DNA of 52,833 nucleotides from Candidatus Micrarchaeota archaeon (GTDB taxonomy: Archaea > Micrarchaeota > Micrarchaeia > Anstonellales > JAHKLY01): NCBI GenBank assembly GCA_020854825.1, contig JAHKLY010000005.1, positions 1 through 52,833 on the forward strand, given 5' to 3'. Each line of letters begins with the position of its first letter. The stretch's first letter is position 1. The translations under genes were made by a program, and so were the position numbers. Of the stretch, positions 10,195 to 20,551 are shown piece by piece. Below the pieces are notes generated by a model that saw only the letters and a program-made list of their open reading frames with translations, was not told the origin of the DNA and searched no databases.

Positions 10195-10614
10195 TCACCA
10201 CATTTGAAATTCATATATTGATTTAAGTGCTGTAGTTCGAACTTCTTTTAAATCTTCATCTGATAAAGGTATATCTTTTAAATTATTCATTAACATATTA
10301 AACTTTTTTATATTCTTACTTTTTTCTTTAAAATCTATTTTTATATAACATTGTTCAGCAAATAATAACATTTTTTTAGCTAATAATTTTCTTTCAATAG
10401 TCGTTGGATCCATTGATAATCTTTCTGCTCTTTTCAAACAAATTCTTGCTGCACTTTTATGTTTTAATAGGGCACTTTTTCTTTTTGCTACTTCGAATCT
10501 GTGTTCTGAAAATGAAATATTTCCTTGAAATAAAGAATCAATAAAAATTGTTGCCCTACCTATAAAAGGAATTTCTGATATATTCAATTTTTTTTCATGG
10601 TTTAAGTTAATCAT
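10195..10614 (-). CDS. Hypothetical protein
   Basis: 139-aa ORF, AGGAGGT SD. Confidence 0.6.
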   Translation of the reverse strand: MINLNHEKKLNISEIPFIGRATIFIDSLFQGNISFSEHRFEVAKRKSALLKHKSAARICLKRAERLSMDPTTIERKLLAKKMLLFAEQCYIKIDFKEKSKNIKKFNMLMNNLKDIPLSDEDLKEVRTTALKSIYEFQMW

Positions 10615-10699
10615 TTAATAACCTCCTTTAAAAAAGTATAAATTATACTATAGTTTTCTGTGTTTAAAAAGGTTTTGGTGTGAAAAATTAAAATAAAAA

Positions 10700-10909
10700 C
10701 GCCGAGGGAGGGATTTTCATACACCAAGTTTCTTTCTTGGTACAGCTTCTTTCTTTTTCCAAAGAAAGAAGGTGTTTGAACCCCCATGTCCGTGAAGACA
10801 CACGATTTCTTGTTTTGTTTTCTTTTCTTTGTTTAAACTTTCTCTTCTTTTTCAAAAGAAAAGAAAGGTTATTCCAGTCGTGCGCACTACCAGATTATGC
10901 GACCTCGGC
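10700..10909 (-). tRNA. tRNA-Ser(GGA) with two introns (37/38: 10807-10871, 65 nt; 59/60: 10714-10774, 61 nt)
   Basis: GCCGAGG/CCTCGGC acceptor stem; CACGA-CTGGAA|A-TCGTG anticodon arm; long variable arm; GGTTCAAA|TCCC T-arm; T-loop splice helix TTCA/TGAA. Confidence 0.92.
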
Positions 10910-11118
10910 ATTAATATGACGAGAATTACAAAACGAATGTTTTGTTTGACCTCGGCATCAATGTAATATATGACGAGGGATTTTCATGAAATGAAAACTG
11001 ACCTCGGCATTAATGTAATATATAACGAGGGATTTTCATGAAATGAAAACTGACCTCGGCATTAATGTAATATATGACGAGGGCTGTAAAAACAAAGTTT
11101 TTACTTAACCTCGGCATT
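10910..11118 (-). repeat. Four tandem hairpin units in the tRNA-Ser 5' leader, each repeating the tRNA 5' end
   Basis: ATGCCGAGGT recurs with the G1 equivalent at 10956, 11008, 11060 and 11115 (periods 47/52/52/55); each is followed by a hairpin and (C/T)CTCGT(C/T)AT. Confidence 0.92.
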
Positions 11119-11186
11119 ACTATCTATATATGTAAAAATTATATAAATAAGACTTTAAAAATTGAATGGTAGGAAAGAATATGAAT

Positions 11187-12005
11187 TCAAAAAAAACCTG
11201 GTTCTTCAATCCCAAAATGTTTTTTAAGTTTAGTAATTATTCCTATCGTTTCCCTATTTAGATTTTGTGCTCTTGATGGAGTATATCCATATCTTTCTTC
11301 ATAAAATGAAGGAACTCTAGAATAAAAGTTAGTTTTTGCTTTATAAATATGTTTAAAAATTTTTTTTGAATAATCTGAAAAATCAGTCATAAAAAGGAAC
11401 TCTTGTTCTATATAATCATTTAATGCCCATTCTAATCCATAGCCTACTCTTCTTCTTAAAGATTTTTTACCAGTTTTAGTTGTATAAACTCCAGAAACAA
11501 TATACTCCCATTTAATATCAATTTGTTTTTCATCTAAAATTGGAGCTAATGCAGTTGCTCTTAATGCTCTTTGACCACTACAAAATAAAGAACATCCATC
11601 TACTGTTCCAATTGTCATATTTATTTCTGGTTGTGTTAATATTGGACTAACAAGTAGGTCTATTTGATTTTCTGAAATATCTACTAAATCTGCATCTAAA
11701 ATTAAAATTACGTCTGCGCCCATTTGATAAGATGCTTTTGCTGCGCAGTAAAACGCATATGATTTTCCATAATTTTTAGGTAAAACCATATTAATAAAAC
11801 CAGGATTTTCTAAATAAACTTCTAACTCTTTTTGAGAATTATCTATTGATCCATCATTAATAGCAATTACATTATCTATTTTCCCTTTTGCAATCATATC
11901 AATTAAAGGATTAAGTACATCATGTAAATTTTGTGCCTCATTATACACAGGCACAATCGCTATTATTCGGTTAAACTTTTCTTTAGATATTCTTTGTGAA
12001 TTCAT
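11187..12005 (-). CDS. GT2-family glycosyltransferase
   Basis: IVPVYNE, INDGSID, NYGKS, LDADL, SGQRA. Confidence 0.88.
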   Translation of the reverse strand: MNSQRISKEKFNRIIAIVPVYNEAQNLHDVLNPLIDMIAKGKIDNVIAINDGSIDNSQKELEVYLENPGFINMVLPKNYGKSYAFYCAAKASYQMGADVILILDADLVDISENQIDLLVSPILTQPEINMTIGTVDGCSLFCSGQRALRATALAPILDEKQIDIKWEYIVSGVYTTKTGKKSLRRRVGYGLEWALNDYIEQEFLFMTDFSDYSKKIFKHIYKAKTNFYSRVPSFYEERYGYTPSRAQNLNRETIGIITKLKKHFGIEEPGFF

Positions 12006-12081
12006 ATAAAAGATGTGTTTTTATGTGTTTATAAATGTTTGTATAACTAGATAAAATAAAAAAGGAATAAAATAAAAAAAG

Positions 12082-12145
12082 TATTAGTTTTCTTTTCTTT
12101 TTGTTAATTTTTTCTTTTCTTTTTTAAAAAGAAAAGAAAAAGTTA
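12082..12145 (-). repeat. Free-standing copy of the TTTC/GAAA hairpin element found in the tRNA introns
   Basis: TAAC-TTTTTCTTTTCTTTTT/AAAAAAGAAAAGAAAAAA-TTAACAAAAAGAAAAGAAAAC closely resembles the Ser 37/38 and Gly 15/16 introns. Confidence 0.7.
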
Positions 12146-12448
12146 ATCTAAAGTAATTCTTACGTATACATCATCAGGAACTTTAACACGCATAATTTGT
12201 CTTAAGGTTCTTTCATCTCCTTTTACATCTATGAGACGCTTATGAATACGCATTTCCCAATGTTCATAGGTTTCAGTTCCATCCCCACAAGGACTTTTTC
12301 TTGTTCCTACTTTCATCTTTTTAGTAGGTAATGGGATTGGTCCTTTTATTGGAACTCCTGTAATTTTAGCAATTTCAACTATTTGATTACAAACATCCAT
12401 TAATTTGTCTGGATCCTTACCTATGAGTTTTATACGTGCATTTGCCAT
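12143..12448 (-). CDS. rps10: 30S ribosomal protein S10
   Basis: [28 protein letters not shown]. Confidence 0.97.
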   Translation of the reverse strand: MANARIKLIGKDPDKLMDVCNQIVEIAKITGVPIKGPIPLPTKKMKVGTRKSPCGDGTETYEHWEMRIHKRLIDVKGDERTLRQIMRVKVPDDVYVRITLD

Positions 12449-12456
12449 AGAATCAC

Positions 12457-13728
12457 TTATTGTTTTTTAGGTTCTACTTCTAATACAACTCCAGCTGCAA
12501 CGGTTTGTCCCATATCTCTGATAGCAAATCTACCTAATGGACCATAATCTTTGTATGTTTCAACGACAACTGGCTTTAGAGGTTTGAACTTAATTATTGC
12601 AATATCTCCTGTTTTTACAAAATCAGGATTTTGAGCTGCTGTTGCACCTGTTTTAGGATCTTTTTTCTCCAAAATTTCAATTACTTGACATGGTAATTGT
12701 GCTGTGTGGATATGGAATACAGGAGTATATCCTTTTCCAATAGCTGTTGGATGATCTAAAACAACAACTTGTGCTGTGAATGTTTCAGCTACTGTTGGTG
12801 GCCTATCTGCTGGTCCAACAACATATCCTCTTTTTATTGCATTTTTATCTACTCCTTTAAGATTAAATCCAATATTATCTCCAGGTCCTGCAGAGGATAA
12901 TTCTTGATGATGCATTTCCATTTTCTTTACATCAGACTTTACTCCAGAAGGCATAATTGAAATAGCCATCCCTGGTTTTATTACTCCTGTTTCAACTCTA
13001 CCTACTGGAACTGTTCCATGTCCTGTGATTGTAAATACATCTTGGATAGGTAATCTCAAATCCTTGTCAATTGGCTTTGGTGGAACTACAAAAGTATCTA
13101 ATAATTTTACTAAACAATCTCCTTTATACCAAGCCATATTTTCACTTTTTGCTGCGATATTGTCTCCTTTATACCCAGAAATTGGAACAAAATTTATTTT
13201 ACTAACATCATATCCAATGGATTTTAACATTTTAGACATTTCTTCTTTAATTTCATTGAATTTCCCTTCATCATAATTTACTACATCCATCTTATTAACT
13301 GCGATCATAATTTGATTTATACCTAATACTTTTGATAAGAAAGCGTGTTCTTTTGTTTGTGGCATTGGACCTTCTCTTGCTGATACAACTAAAACTGCTG
13401 CATCTGCTTGGGAAGCACCTGTAATCATGTTCTTAACAAAATCTCTATGCCCAGGGGCATCAATAATTGTAAAATAATATTTATCTGTTTTGAACTCTTT
13501 ATGATTTACTTCAATTGTAACTCCTCTCTCTCTTTCTGCTTTCAATGTATCCATAGTATAAGCAAACTCAAAAGTTGCTTTACCAAATTTTTCTGCTTCT
13601 TCTTTTAATTTTTTTAATTGTTGTTCTGGTAATGCCTTAGTATCAAATAGGATTCTACCTACTGTAGTAGACTTACCATGGTCGACGTGACCAATAAAAA
13701 TTAAATTCATATGTTCTTTCTCTGCCAT
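12457..13728 (-). CDS. tuf: Translation elongation factor EF-1alpha
   Basis: [39 protein letters not shown]; GAGGTG SD before ATG 13728. Confidence 0.98.
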   Translation of the reverse strand: MAEKEHMNLIFIGHVDHGKSTTVGRILFDTKALPEQQLKKLKEEAEKFGKATFEFAYTMDTLKAERERGVTIEVNHKEFKTDKYYFTIIDAPGHRDFVKNMITGASQADAAVLVVSAREGPMPQTKEHAFLSKVLGINQIMIAVNKMDVVNYDEGKFNEIKEEMSKMLKSIGYDVSKINFVPISGYKGDNIAAKSENMAWYKGDCLVKLLDTFVVPPKPIDKDLRLPIQDVFTITGHGTVPVGRVETGVIKPGMAISIMPSGVKSDVKKMEMHHQELSSAGPGDNIGFNLKGVDKNAIKRGYVVGPADRPPTVAETFTAQVVVLDHPTAIGKGYTPVFHIHTAQLPCQVIEILEKKDPKTGATAAQNPDFVKTGDIAIIKFKPLKPVVVETYKDYGPLGRFAIRDMGQTVAAGVVLEVEPKKQ

Positions 13729-13851
13729 TAATAGCACCTCCACTTTATATTTTTTGAAAAAAACTTCTAATAGTTCTGCAAATACGACAGAATTTAGTGT
13801 ACTTAATTTAACTATAAGTATTTAAAAATGTTTCGTAAGGTTTTCTAACCT

Positions 13852-14625
13852 CTATTTCTTTTTTTGCTTTTTCATTTTAAATTTTGGGAATACTTTATTG
13901 AAAGAATCAATATCTATATATGGATACATCTTCATACTCTCTAAAACACAGTTTAATAAATAGGAATTTGAATTTAATTCTCTATTTGTTTTCAATAGTT
14001 CCGCCAATGTTTGATAACCTTTTTTCTTCCCTTTCGTAATACTTTTTGCTTTTTCATTTACTTCTTTATAACTTAAATTTGTGAAATCAAATGCTTTTCT
14101 ATAAATTGTGTTATATGCACTCACAAGGGTTTGTAAAATTTCTTCCATAGATGTATCTTTGATGATACTCATTCTTTTAACTGCAAAATATTTTTTGTGT
14201 TTTATAAATAATGCAACTCCTTCATATTCTAAAGCCTCTGCTTTTGATTGAGGGGGTTTATTTTTTATCTCATAGTCTTTTAACCAGGCATAAGTTTTTG
14301 TTTTTTCTAATAACCTCCTTAATATATATGCCTCTAAAAAGGGTTTGTATTCTTTTGGGAATTTATCTAAAACCTGTTTGATGTCTTTTGGTTTTATAAT
14401 ATTTAACACTTCAACTAAATCCTGATTATGTTCTTTTAATAATTTATCAAGAAATAAATCTATATCTTTTAAATCACCTAACAACTCGTAAGATCTATCA
14501 GAAACCAACTTATCTATTTTTGAAAGTGCATAAACTGCTTTTTCATCATCATCTTCAAATTCAAATTTTATTAAATCAACCCATTCATACTTTTTATAAT
14601 TACTAACAAATGTTATTTCTGTCAT
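13852..14625 (-). CDS. DUF2666-like protein with two repeated domains
   Basis: Two units resembling the remembered DUF2666 consensus (F...KK....K......EE...L.S..NTI..K); GAGGTGA SD before ATG 14625. Confidence 0.6.
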   Translation of the reverse strand: MTEITFVSNYKKYEWVDLIKFEFEDDDEKAVYALSKIDKLVSDRSYELLGDLKDIDLFLDKLLKEHNQDLVEVLNIIKPKDIKQVLDKFPKEYKPFLEAYILRRLLEKTKTYAWLKDYEIKNKPPQSKAEALEYEGVALFIKHKKYFAVKRMSIIKDTSMEEILQTLVSAYNTIYRKAFDFTNLSYKEVNEKAKSITKGKKKGYQTLAELLKTNRELNSNSYLLNCVLESMKMYPYIDIDSFNKVFPKFKMKKQKKK

Positions 14626-14638
14626 TTTTCTCACCTCT

Positions 14639-17600
14639 CTAAGAACATCTTGTTGAACAATAAATTGTATTTGTCCCAACATCATCTAATATTTTTTCGT
14701 TATTACAAATATTATTTCCTATATTATAAGTTGCATTAACTGAAGTATGGAAGGCATATCTTAAATTATCACAAACATTATTATCAATAAACTTATTATT
14801 GTTTGACTCTCTTCTTATTGAAACTCCGTCTCTAAAATTATTTACTATTTCTAAATTTTTAATTTCATTACTTATACTTCCATAAGTTAACCCTACTCCA
14901 ATATTATTACTATTTGAATATCCTTCTGAAATAAAGTTATTTGAAGATGTTACTAATGATAATCCAGTTTGTATATTATTTGAGATATATACACCATTAA
15001 TTATATTATCATTAGAGCTAGATAATAATACAGAATTTAAATTATTATTTGATGTTATATAATTAAATCTGTTATTATGTGAATTATCTAATCTTAATCC
15101 TATTTGTATATTTCCTATTGTAGTTGTATGATTAATTATAGAATGATCAACTTCTTTTAAATATATTCCTTCCCTCGTATTTCCGCCTGCTTCATTTCCA
15201 TTCATAAAAATATGTTCTGAATCTAAAACATAAATTCCTTGTTCATTATTTTCAGCAACATGATTATTTTCTAATTTTAAATAATCTGAATTAAATGCAT
15301 AAAGACCAATATCATAATGTTGGATATGACAATTTTTTATTGTTATATTATTTTGTTCAAAAACTTCAATTCCTATTTTATAACTTGGTAATGGGTATCC
15401 ATTCAATACAGCACCATTACAATCAAAAACTAAATTATTATTTACAATTTTAAATTGATTTGTATATGTTTTTCCGCGTTCTAATTTAATATCTTCTCTT
15501 ACTAACCAAACATTTTCATCTTCATAAGATAATTCTTCATAAGTACATAAATTACTGCACATATTACATGTTCCATTAAAGAAAGGTACACAAGGCATAC
15601 CATTATTTAATCCTTCATCACAATCTTCTCCTGCTTCTAAAATACCATTCCCACATTTACAATCTGAAGTTTCATTAATTGTAAAATTAAATTTAGAATT
15701 TAAAGGCACATCATGTACATCGTCCCATAATTGTATTAAAAATCTATTATTCTCATCTATAAAAGGAGTTGCATAATCTGAATCAAATTCTAATCTCTTA
15801 ATATCGGAGTAATGTAACTTTGTTAATATACTATTATTATAATCACAACTTATATTGTTTAAAATTAATTGTATAAACCCTCCATATCTATATATTGAAG
15901 TTCCAACATCATCACAAGTTCCTCTCCCCCCATCTTCCCAACTTATTTCATATGTTAATTCATTTAGTTTACTAATGAATGTATTTCTTCTTGAATTATG
16001 TTTTATTAAATTATCATAATAAATTAGAGTATTAGTTGGATCCATATAAATATCTAAATCACTCCCAAAAATATTCACAAATTCACAACTTGCAAAATTA
16101 TGTGTGTCTCTAACACAAACTTCATATGGATATAATAAACAATCATCATTATAGAAACATTCTCCTATTGGTTCTACTGAACAGTCAAAATATGAGGCAT
16201 TATATAATTCTACATCATACAAACAATTGCAGCATTCACATCCTTCAACAGTCATTTCTATTCCATTAATAATAAAATCCCTACATGATGAGATATCTTC
16301 TCCATCACAAGTTTCACCTAATATTTCTTGAATATATCCATCCCCACATGTTGCTAATTTACATTCGTTTGTACAATAATCTGTATTATCTGTATTTCCA
16401 TCATCACATTCTTCCCCATATTCTAATTGTAATTGTTCGTCTCCGCACATAGTACAATCATCTCTGCAATATTCTTCACCATCGCATGCTTCACCATCTT
16501 GTATTATTCCATCTCCACAAAAAGTACAATCATCTCTGCAATATTCTTCACCATCACAAGTTTCATCTAAATTAATTATTTCTCCTGCTTCAGTATAATA
16601 CATAATTCCACTTTGAATATATCCATCTCCACAATAGGGCCTTTGACAATTATCTAAACATTCATCCTCATTATATCTATTGCCATCATCACATTCTTCT
16701 CCATTTATTTCTTGTACTCTCATATCCCCACAGTATGTACAGTCTTCCCTACACCAAGAGTCACCATCACAAGATTCTCCATGTTCTCTTTGAGTTATTC
16801 CATCTCCACAATAAGTACAATCAGTTCTACAAGATTTATTTAACATAGGTTCACAAGATTCACCTTCATAAAAAATAATATATTCTGGTCCTGATGATTC
16901 TAAATTTATCCAAAATCCAAGTGTGGGTTGTATTATTCCATCACCACAATATGTACAATCATTTCTACAAGGATTATTATAAGGTCCAGTTTCAGTTCCG
17001 GGCGGGTCACAGGTTTCATCTAAATTTAAATGTAAATATTCATCCCCGCATCTTGGCAACAAACATTCATTTGTACAATCATCATAATTATTATCATTTC
17101 CATCATCGCAATCTTCCCACATATAATCAATAACTTCATCTCCACAGTATGTACAGTCTTCTCTACACCATTCTTGGCTGTCACAAGATTCCCCATGTAT
17201 TTCTTGTACTCTCATATCCCCACAGTATGTACAGTCTTCCCTACACCAAGATTCACCATCACAAGATTCTCCATGTTCTCTTTGAGTTATTCCATCTCCA
17301 CAATAAGTACAATCAGTTCTACAATAGTCTTCACTATCACAGGTTTCAAACCAAATTGATTGAATATAACCATCACCACAATAAGTACAATCTTCTCTGC
17401 AGTAATTATCATTTGGCATTTCTTCCCCAGGTGGATCACATGTTTCATAAGGCATAAAAATAAATGGAATTGAAATATCTCCTGTTGCTATTTTGAATAA
17501 ATTTTCATTTATTATTTCATCTCCACAAATATTAAATTTACAATCATTTAAACACAAATCATTTTCATTTGCATTTCCATCATCACATTCTTCTCCTGCT

Positions 17601-19990
17601 GTTGTTTGTGTTGTTCCATCACCACAATAAGTACAATCTTCTCTACACACATTTTCATGTGGCCCCCAACCAAGACTTCCTGGGGGTTCACAAGATTCAC
17701 CTGGATCAATATCATTATCTCCACAATAAATTATTGGCATTAAAGTACAATCTTCAAAACAACCAGAACCTCCGTCACATTCTTCCAGGAATCCGTATCC
17801 ATTTGGTGATTGAACTATTCCATCACCACAATATGTTAACATACATTCATGACATAAATCTGTTGGATCAATATTTTCATCATCACATTCTTCTGAAAAA
17901 TCAATATTTCCATCTCCACAATAAGTACAATCAGTTCTGCATAATGGATCTAATATATTATCACAGGTTTCTCCATAATCTAATTGAACTTCACCATCAC
18001 CACAATATGTACAAGTTGTTCTACATGGATTATCCCATGGCCCCCAAACAATTACTCCTTCTAAATTTGGATCACATGTTTCAATAAATCCTAAACTATT
18101 AGGTGTTTGAACATATCCATCACCACAATAGGACAATAAACATGTATTTAAACAATTATCTGTATTATCTGTATTTGCATCATCACATTCTTCAAAATAA
18201 ATATCAATTTTTCCATCTCCACAAAAAGTACAATCAGTTCTACAAGGATATAAATGGGGACTTGTTAATGAATCTGGTGGATCACAGGTTTCTAATTGTC
18301 CATCATCATTTGGAGATTGAATATATTCATCTCCACAGTATTTTGGAATAGGAATTAAATTACATTCTTCATCGCATGGAGGTCCACTTGGATTCATATA
18401 ATCACATTCTTCTCCTTCATTATGAATTCCATCCCCACAACAATCAGTTATATGTTCTGAAATTTGTTCGTAAATTCCTATTAAATCAGATTCATGGGGT
18501 GCAGAATAATAATGACTTGGACTTGATGCAATCTCACTTAGATGGGGTATGCCAGAAGTTACTAAATCTATGGTGTATATGATTATTCCATCTGCTTTTG
18601 CTGCATCTGCTTCATCCCAAGCATAATAACTTGGTGCGCCATCAGATAAAATTATCATAACTTTATTCGCATCTGCTCTTGAATGACTAGATGTAAATTG
18701 TTCATGGGCTAAAGCAATTGCGTCTCTTAAATTTGTTAATCCTGATGCAGTTAAAATATTAATATGAACAATAACACTTGAGTGTTCAAAAGTTAAAACA
18801 TGTCTTAAATATGCATAATCACCAAAAGTTACAAGACCTACTTTATCATTTGTTGAATTTAAAGTTGAAATAAAAAAAACTGCACTTTCTTTTGCATAAT
18901 CTAATCTTGATAAGGGAGCACCAATTTCTCTCATATTCATACTATTAGATGTATCTATAACTAACATAATATCTAAAGGAACAGTTCCAGAACATTCTAC
19001 TAAACAATTTTCACTGCAATCATCACCATTTATTAAATTGCCATCATCACAACTTTCACCCAAATGTATTTCTAATATTCCATTTCCACAATGTTCAGTT
19101 GTAGGTCTTTCTCTGCACTCTTCAGCACATAAAGAAGTAGGAGGAATTGAAATTGTTAATTTTTCTTTATTTGGATTTTTAACAAAAACTCCTTCATTAG
19201 TATATACTCCTACTGTTAATGCAGTTGTTGTTTCATAATTTCCTGTATCTAAATTGTAAGAATATAAATTTTTAATATTGTATTTTTCTAAAATAGATAT
19301 ATGTTCTTTTGTAAAACCACCATATGGCATTCCAATTAAATTCCATCCTGCATTCGTTAATTCTATCTTACCCCCGCAAACTGGATCTCCAGTTAAAAAA
19401 ATTGTTTGGTCTTTTTCTGAATAAACCCAATAACCCATCAAAGGTTTAATTGTTTTAACATCTGTATATTTCCCTTCTTGAGAATAACTATAAATCTTAA
19501 GATCTGAATTAAATATAATCTCATCAACTTCTTTTCCTATAACTGGAGATGAAAATAAATTCCACCCCTTAGATAAAGTGATATTAACGCCACATATTAA
19601 CTCTTCTGTAATTCTCCCTTCTGAAGGAATAACAATTAATGGAGAATGTTCTTTTACTTTAATACATGCCTCTTGTCTTGGAATTCTTTCTGTTTCACAA
19701 AGATAAATTGTTAAATCTCCATACTCATAAGTTGAAGTACTAGGAACATTTACTAACTCAAGCATAGTGGTTGCTGTTGCATCCCAAATTGCAAAATTAA
19801 CACTTCCATCAGAAGGCATAACTATTGAAAAAACAACTGTATAACTATCAGTTCTTAAACTATCACCAACTTCATAAGCTGCGTATCCGTCTCCACAACC
19901 TGAATTAACACAATCAATTGAAAAGGCAAAACTTGCCAAAAATAAAAATAGAATAACTACAATATATTTAGAATTTAATATAGATTTCAT
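14639..19990 (-). CDS. Large secreted/surface protein: GWNL module, vWA domain, Myxococcus-type Cys-rich (DUF4215-like) repeats, C-terminal right-handed beta-helix
   Basis: Signal peptide; DTSNS MIDAS motif and LSDG; more than 20 CGDG....E.CD repeats; NosD-like GI.L..S.NN repeats. Confidence 0.85.
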   Translation of the reverse strand: MKSILNSKYIVVILFLFLASFAFSIDCVNSGCGDGYAAYEVGDSLRTDSYTVVFSIVMPSDGSVNFAIWDATATTMLELVNVPSTSTYEYGDLTIYLCETERIPRQEACIKVKEHSPLIVIPSEGRITEELICGVNITLSKGWNLFSSPVIGKEVDEIIFNSDLKIYSYSQEGKYTDVKTIKPLMGYWVYSEKDQTIFLTGDPVCGGKIELTNAGWNLIGMPYGGFTKEHISILEKYNIKNLYSYNLDTGNYETTTALTVGVYTNEGVFVKNPNKEKLTISIPPTSLCAEECRERPTTEHCGNGILEIHLGESCDDGNLINGDDCSENCLVECSGTVPLDIMLVIDTSNSMNMREIGAPLSRLDYAKESAVFFISTLNSTNDKVGLVTFGDYAYLRHVLTFEHSSVIVHINILTASGLTNLRDAIALAHEQFTSSHSRADANKVMIILSDGAPSYYAWDEADAAKADGIIIYTIDLVTSGIPHLSEIASSPSHYYSAPHESDLIGIYEQISEHITDCCGDGIHNEGEECDYMNPSGPPCDEECNLIPIPKYCGDEYIQSPNDDGQLETCDPPDSLTSPHLYPCRTDCTFCGDGKIDIYFEECDDANTDNTDNCLNTCLLSYCGDGYVQTPNSLGFIETCDPNLEGVIVWGPWDNPCRTTCTYCGDGEVQLDYGETCDNILDPLCRTDCTYCGDGNIDFSEECDDENIDPTDLCHECMLTYCGDGIVQSPNGYGFLEECDGGSGCFEDCTLMPIIYCGDNDIDPGESCEPPGSLGWGPHENVCREDCTYCGDGTTQTTAGEECDDGNANENDLCLNDCKFNICGDEIINENLFKIATGDISIPFIFMPYETCDPPGEEMPNDNYCREDCTYCGDGYIQSIWFETCDSEDYCRTDCTYCGDGITQREHGESCDGESWCREDCTYCGDMRVQEIHGESCDSQEWCREDCTYCGDEVIDYMWEDCDDGNDNNYDDCTNECLLPRCGDEYLHLNLDETCDPPGTETGPYNNPCRNDCTYCGDGIIQPTLGFWINLESSGPEYIIFYEGESCEPMLNKSCRTDCTYCGDGITQREHGESCDGDSWCREDCTYCGDMRVQEINGEECDDGNRYNEDECLDNCQRPYCGDGYIQSGIMYYTEAGEIINLDETCDGEEYCRDDCTFCGDGIIQDGEACDGEEYCRDDCTMCGDEQLQLEYGEECDDGNTDNTDYCTNECKLATCGDGYIQEILGETCDGEDISSCRDFIINGIEMTVEGCECCNCLYDVELYNASYFDCSVEPIGECFYNDDCLLYPYEVCVRDTHNFASCEFVNIFGSDLDIYMDPTNTLIYYDNLIKHNSRRNTFISKLNELTYEISWEDGGRGTCDDVGTSIYRYGGFIQLILNNISCDYNNSILTKLHYSDIKRLEFDSDYATPFIDENNRFLIQLWDDVHDVPLNSKFNFTINETSDCKCGNGILEAGEDCDEGLNNGMPCVPFFNGTCNMCSNLCTYEELSYEDENVWLVREDIKLERGKTYTNQFKIVNNNLVFDCNGAVLNGYPLPSYKIGIEVFEQNNITIKNCHIQHYDIGLYAFNSDYLKLENNHVAENNEQGIYVLDSEHIFMNGNEAGGNTREGIYLKEVDHSIINHTTTIGNIQIGLRLDNSHNNRFNYITSNNNLNSVLLSSSNDNIINGVYISNNIQTGLSLVTSSNNFISEGYSNSNNIGVGLTYGSISNEIKNLEIVNNFRDGVSIRRESNNNKFIDNNVCDNLRYAFHTSVNATYNIGNNICNNEKILDDVGTNTIYCSTRCS

Positions 19991-20023
19991 AAATATATAC
20001 TGTGTTCAATCTTTAAAAAACTA

Positions 20024-20132
20024 CGCCCCGGAACGGGATCGAACCGTTGGCCTTCCGGTTAACAGCCGGACGCTCTACCGTTGCTCGTTTTAGTGTGCTT
20101 ATTGCATACGTAAAACTCTAAGCTACCGGGGC
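20024..20132 (-). tRNA. tRNA-Asn(GTT) with a 37-nt D-loop intron (15/16: 20081-20117)
   Basis: GCCCCGG acceptor; TCCGG-CTGTTAA-CCGGA; GGTTCGATCC; splice motif GCTT-AG|A-GTTTTA...TAAAAC-GAGC-AA|C. Confidence 0.92.
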
Positions 20133-20167
20133 TTAAAAATAGTAAAATAATTTTAGTGGTTGTATAT

Positions 20168-20551
20168 TTAAATGTTTTGTCTAATTTCTAATCTATAATA
20201 TAGTGTTCTCCAACTAACTTCAAGTTTTTTTGCAATTTCTCTAACAGACATTCCTGTTTCTTTTAATTTTTTTGCTCTTTCAATAGTTGATTCTGATAAT
20301 TTATATGGTCTTCCTCTTTTTAAATTTCTTTTAATCACATTTACATTCATTCTTCTTAAAACTTTTATTACTTTTAATGATAAGGTATCATAAATACCTT
20401 TAGAACAATAAATTGTATCTACTTTTGTATTATTTAGTAAATATGCTAAAATATAACTGCTTGGTTTAACTTTTATTACTACTATTCTTTCATTAGAACT
20501 ATTATCAATTGTTTCTTTGATTTCTTTTCTTGTTCCTTTAAGAATCAGCAT
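20168..20551 (-). CDS. DUF1699-like protein with C-terminal HTH
   Basis: NERIVVI.VKPS N-terminus; GRP, then MSVREIAKKLEVSWRTLY helix-turn-helix. Confidence 0.7.
   Translation of the reverse strand: MLILKGTRKEIKETIDNSSNERIVVIKVKPSSYILAYLLNNTKVDTIYCSKGIYDTLSLKVIKVLRRMNVNVIKRNLKRGRPYKLSESTIERAKKLKETGMSVREIAKKLEVSWRTLYYRLEIRQNI

Noticed and set aside
10910-11118. CRISPR array
   Set aside because: The constant part is only about 10-13 nt and equals the tRNA end, the intervening sequences are self-complementary and partly identical, and no cas genes are present
16706-17324. Diversity-generating retroelement TR/VR pair
   Set aside because: Both copies are in-frame coding repeats that are almost identical, and no reverse transcriptase is in the window
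16894-19238. His-rich plus-strand ORFs
   Set aside because: Antisense shadows of the Cys/Gly/Asp repeats in the 1783-aa gene
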